Under the pieces are notes generated by a model that ran no database searches, was not told the DNA's origin, and saw nothing but the letters and a program-made list of their open reading frames with translations. Positions 61,597-64,000 of a stretch of 64,000 bases of DNA are shown here, piece after piece. Source of the stretch: Candidatus Carbonibacillus altaicus (GTDB taxonomy: Bacteria; Bacillota; Bacilli; Thermicanales; DSM-22653); NCBI GenBank assembly GCA_003050645.1, contig PEBX01000006.1:4015-68014 (forward strand), written 5' to 3'. The position numbers and the translations under genes were made by a program. How positions within the stretch are numbered: position 1 is the stretch's first letter; each line of letters starts with the position of its first letter.

Positions 61597-62466
61597 ATGG
61601 CTGAGAAAAAAATGCTGCGCTTAGATCGCCTCCTTCATGAGAGCGGGTTTGGAACCCGTCGTGATATTAAAAAATGGTTGAAAGATGGGGCGGTTAGTGT
61701 AAACGGAATGGCAGTCTTGGATCATGGACTTAAAATTGATCCGGAACGTGACCATGTAACAGTTTTTGAAGAAGCGATTCAATACGAACCATATCGGTAT
61801 ATCATGGTCCATAAGCCTCAAGGCGTGATCACGGCCACGCGGGATGCTAAAGAGGCAGTGGTTTTGGATCTTATACCACCGGAATGGGTTCGGGAGGGGC
61901 TCGCTCCGGTGGGACGACTGGATAAAGATACGACCGGACTCGTGCTTTTGACCGATGATGGTCATCTCGCCCACCGTTTAACTGCACCGCGATATGAGGT
62001 GGAGAAAATTTATGCTGTGCGGGTCGCGCGCCCCTTGCAGGAATCTGATCGACTTGCTTTTCAGAAAGGCTTACCGATCGGTGGGGGAGAGGTGGCGAAA
62101 CCGGCCCGTCTTGAGATCGATCCGAGGGAACCGCGGTGGGCGCTGGTGGCGCTCCGTGAGGGGAAAATGCACCAGGTTAAGCGCATGTTCGAGACAGTCG
62201 GAACGAGTGTATTAAGACTCCATCGTCTGTCGATCGGACCGCTTGTCCTGGAAGAGACGCTCCCGGAAGGTTCGGCGCGCCTCCTTAGGCGATCTGAGGT
62301 CGTCCGGCTCTACGAGGCAGCTGGATACTGTCTGCCGTATTTCCTGGCAGCGGATAAAGCGATGGATGTTGAATCTGCATCTTCAGTGCATGATTCAGAT
62401 GATCCGACCGATATATTCGATAAAACAATAGCCGCATTTTTAAAGCGATTGCCGCATCTCGTATAA
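61597..62466 (+). CDS. Pseudouridine synthase, RsuA/RluB family
   Basis: N-terminal S4 domain (RLDRLLHESGFGTRRDIKKWLKDGAVSVNG) and the catalytic motif VGRLDKDTTGLVLLTDDG. The start is uncertain (61597 or 61612). The maximal ORF start at 61516 overlaps pgi. Confidence 0.8.
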   Translation: MAEKKMLRLDRLLHESGFGTRRDIKKWLKDGAVSVNGMAVLDHGLKIDPERDHVTVFEEAIQYEPYRYIMVHKPQGVITATRDAKEAVVLDLIPPEWVREGLAPVGRLDKDTTGLVLLTDDGHLAHRLTAPRYEVEKIYAVRVARPLQESDRLAFQKGLPIGGGEVAKPARLEIDPREPRWALVALREGKMHQVKRMFETVGTSVLRLHRLSIGPLVLEETLPEGSARLLRRSEVVRLYEAAGYCLPYFLAADKAMDVESASSVHDSDDPTDIFDKTIAAFLKRLPHLV

Positions 62467-62546
62467 GGTCATGATGATGATGAAAGACAGGACTAGATGA
62501 AAAAAGTACGGCATCTTAGCTTTGGGAGAAAAAAGGGGGGAGAACG

Positions 62547-62897
62547 ATGTCCGAGTCTTTTCAAAATCACCTCGATCAGACGGCCTCATCGGAACGGCAT
62601 TGTCAGATGCTGATCGAACAAAAGCTTATGGAAAAAAAATCTCAGTTTGAACGGGCGATTTTGAGCAAACACACCGCTTTTGATGATCTTTATCCATATA
62701 TGTTAGAAAATCCGAGTTTTTTCTGGTACAAGCGGTATGTGGCCTGGACGGAGCTTTTGGTGTTGGTGGAACTGGCGGGTGAATTGGGGATACCCTGGAC
62801 GGGGATGTTTAATAAAAAGCAAGTATCGTTTTTAGAAGGGCAAGTCTTATCCGGACGGGTGCTCGATGAGTGGTTTGAAGAAGTGTCAAATAGTTGA
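62547..62897 (+). CDS. Hypothetical protein (116 aa)
   Basis: The ATG follows GGGGGGAG. The predicted protein is soluble and helical. I recognised no family. Confidence 0.45.
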   Translation: MSESFQNHLDQTASSERHCQMLIEQKLMEKKSQFERAILSKHTAFDDLYPYMLENPSFFWYKRYVAWTELLVLVELAGELGIPWTGMFNKKQVSFLEGQVLSGRVLDEWFEEVSNS

Positions 62898-62966
62898 AAC
62901 ATTGTTTTAACTGATACTTTAGGCTTTGTTCGTAACGCATAACCCATTCCCATATGTTTAAAAGGA

Positions 62967-62993
62967 GAACCAGGAGACAAATCCTGGTTTTTT
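62967..62993 (+). terminator. Rho-independent terminator
   Basis: AACCAGGA (62967-62974) pairs with TCCTGGTT (62981-62988), followed by a T run. Confidence 0.8.
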
Positions 62994-63014
62994 TATTTTA
63001 CAGGATATTTTACA

Positions 63015-63046
63015 GGATAAATTCGTTCTGCCGTGATATCCTAATA
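63015..63046 (+). promoter_or_regulatory. Forespore sigma (SigG/SigF)-like promoter upstream of spoVAC
   Basis: GGATAA (63015-63020), ~18-19 nt, then CCTAATA (63040-63046). This compares with my remembered SigG consensus GHATR-N17/18-CATnnTA. Pattern match only. Confidence 0.3.
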
Positions 63047-63104
63047 AATGCTGTTTAGAGGTTCCTGTACTTTCATCAGCGTGACGGAATGAGGTGAAAG
63101 CGTC

Positions 63105-63566
63105 ATGAAACAGGTGAGCTTGCCGGAAGCGACGTCGTATCAGCAGATGGCCAAAACACAGGAAGAAAAAAGGTCAGTTGTGACCAATGTGTTACGTGCG
63201 TTTTTAGTGGGTGGGCTTATATCCTTGTTGGGGCAAGGGTTGATGTGGATGTACGAAACGTTTTTCGGCTTTACGGAAAAAAATGCAAGTAATCCCACTG
63301 TGGCTACGCTCGTCTTTTTATCTGTTTTGCTGACTGCCCTCGGGCATTACGACAAACTCGGTCAGTGGGCCGGGGCCGGCGCAACTGTGCCGGTGACAGG
63401 TTTTGCCAATACGATGGCGTCTACAGCATTGGACTTCCGGAGCGAAGGGCTGGTGCTCGGTGTCGGTGGTAATATGTTTAAAATGGCCGGTCCGGTCATC
63501 GTCTTCGGGGTCGTCTCGGCTTTTATCATTGCACTCATCAAGACGATTTGGCAGCTTCTCGTATGA
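63105..63566 (+). CDS. spoVAC: Stage V sporulation protein AC
   Basis: 153-aa membrane protein with SpoVAC blocks (LRAFLVGGLISLLGQ, GAGATVPVTGFANTMAS). Confidence 0.9.
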   Translation: MKQVSLPEATSYQQMAKTQEEKRSVVTNVLRAFLVGGLISLLGQGLMWMYETFFGFTEKNASNPTVATLVFLSVLLTALGHYDKLGQWAGAGATVPVTGFANTMASTALDFRSEGLVLGVGGNMFKMAGPVIVFGVVSAFIIALIKTIWQLLV

Positions 63567-63730
63567 ATTATAACGTCATGTCGGATGGTTGAACCGCCAC
63601 GTTTATCTTTACATGACGTTCATAGACATGACGATCATATAATTCGAAAAAGTGCTTCGAGATCATGGTTCGAGAAAATAATATGTTGTAAGCGACGATA
63701 AGAACGGAGGTTTCGAGCATGCGTCAAGGA

Positions 63731-64000
63731 CGCACCTGGGTATTTCTTAAACGTCCAGGTATCATTGCACATGTCGCCGTAGGGGGGCCTAAAGAAAAGG
63801 AAGGGCCGCTCGCTCAGGACTATCATAAGGTGTACGATGATGTGTACTTAGGGAAAAAAAGTTATGAGGAAGCCGAGCGCCAGCTATTAATCGATGCCGT
63901 GGCGCTCGCCTTGAGACAGGCGCAGCTAACGCGCGACGAGATCGATGTGTTTTTAAGCGGTGATCTTCTTGCGCAAAACATCACGGCGTCATTTGCAGCG
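63731..64000 (+). CDS. spoVAD: Stage V sporulation protein AD, N-terminal part (3' end lies outside the window)
   Basis: This frame is absent from the ORF track because it runs off the window. The ATG at 63731 follows AACGGAGG. MRQGRTWVFLKRPGIIAHVAVGGPKEKEGPL...FLSGDLLAQNITASFAA parallels the B. subtilis SpoVAD N-terminus. Confidence 0.85.

Overview
64-kb chromosomal segment (about 50% GC by eye) from an endospore-forming Firmicute. The gene content is Bacillales-like: prkA-yhbH-spoVR, gatCAB, a caa3-type cta cluster, and spoVAC/spoVAD. About 60 protein-coding genes are supported, and nearly all are housekeeping.

Genes in order: the tail of livHMGF, rnhA, queG, ogt, trmL, an MTAP-family phosphorylase, the prkA module, gatCAB, an rlmCD-like methyltransferase, an Opu-type ABC importer, an MFS transporter, a split ChrA pair, peroxiredoxin and SQR-like redox genes, a large GT-C-like membrane protein, a TPR protein, a crcB pair, nfo, an MscS-type channel, three tandem corA paralogues, a DUF420 protein, nudF, hflKC, a UbiD-family decarboxylase, cls, a HisJ-type phosphatase, ctaCDEFG-ctaA-ctaB-sco, pgi, a pseudouridine synthase, and spoVAC/spoVAD.

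I saw no rRNA, tRNA or CRISPR array, and no recognisable defence or toxin-antitoxin system. The unusual content is mostly non-coding:
- More than a dozen unrelated head-to-tail tandem-repeat arrays (10-37-bp units) fill the intergenic spacers and in places run into CDSs.
- An unclassified ~65-nt element occurs at three loci, each time upstream of and co-oriented with the next gene.
- A probable fluoride-riboswitch/attenuator lies in front of crcB.

Other notable items are a ~2.6-kb low-GC islet (CPBP protease, VanZ, decayed IS30 and IS1182-like fragments), a glutathione-peroxidase relic, a 5'-shortened Opu permease, an Nfo with a ~100-aa C-terminal extension, and CorA paralogues carrying AMN and SMN in place of GMN.

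All functional calls come from by-eye motif recognition and remembered family signatures. Nothing was verified by a database search.
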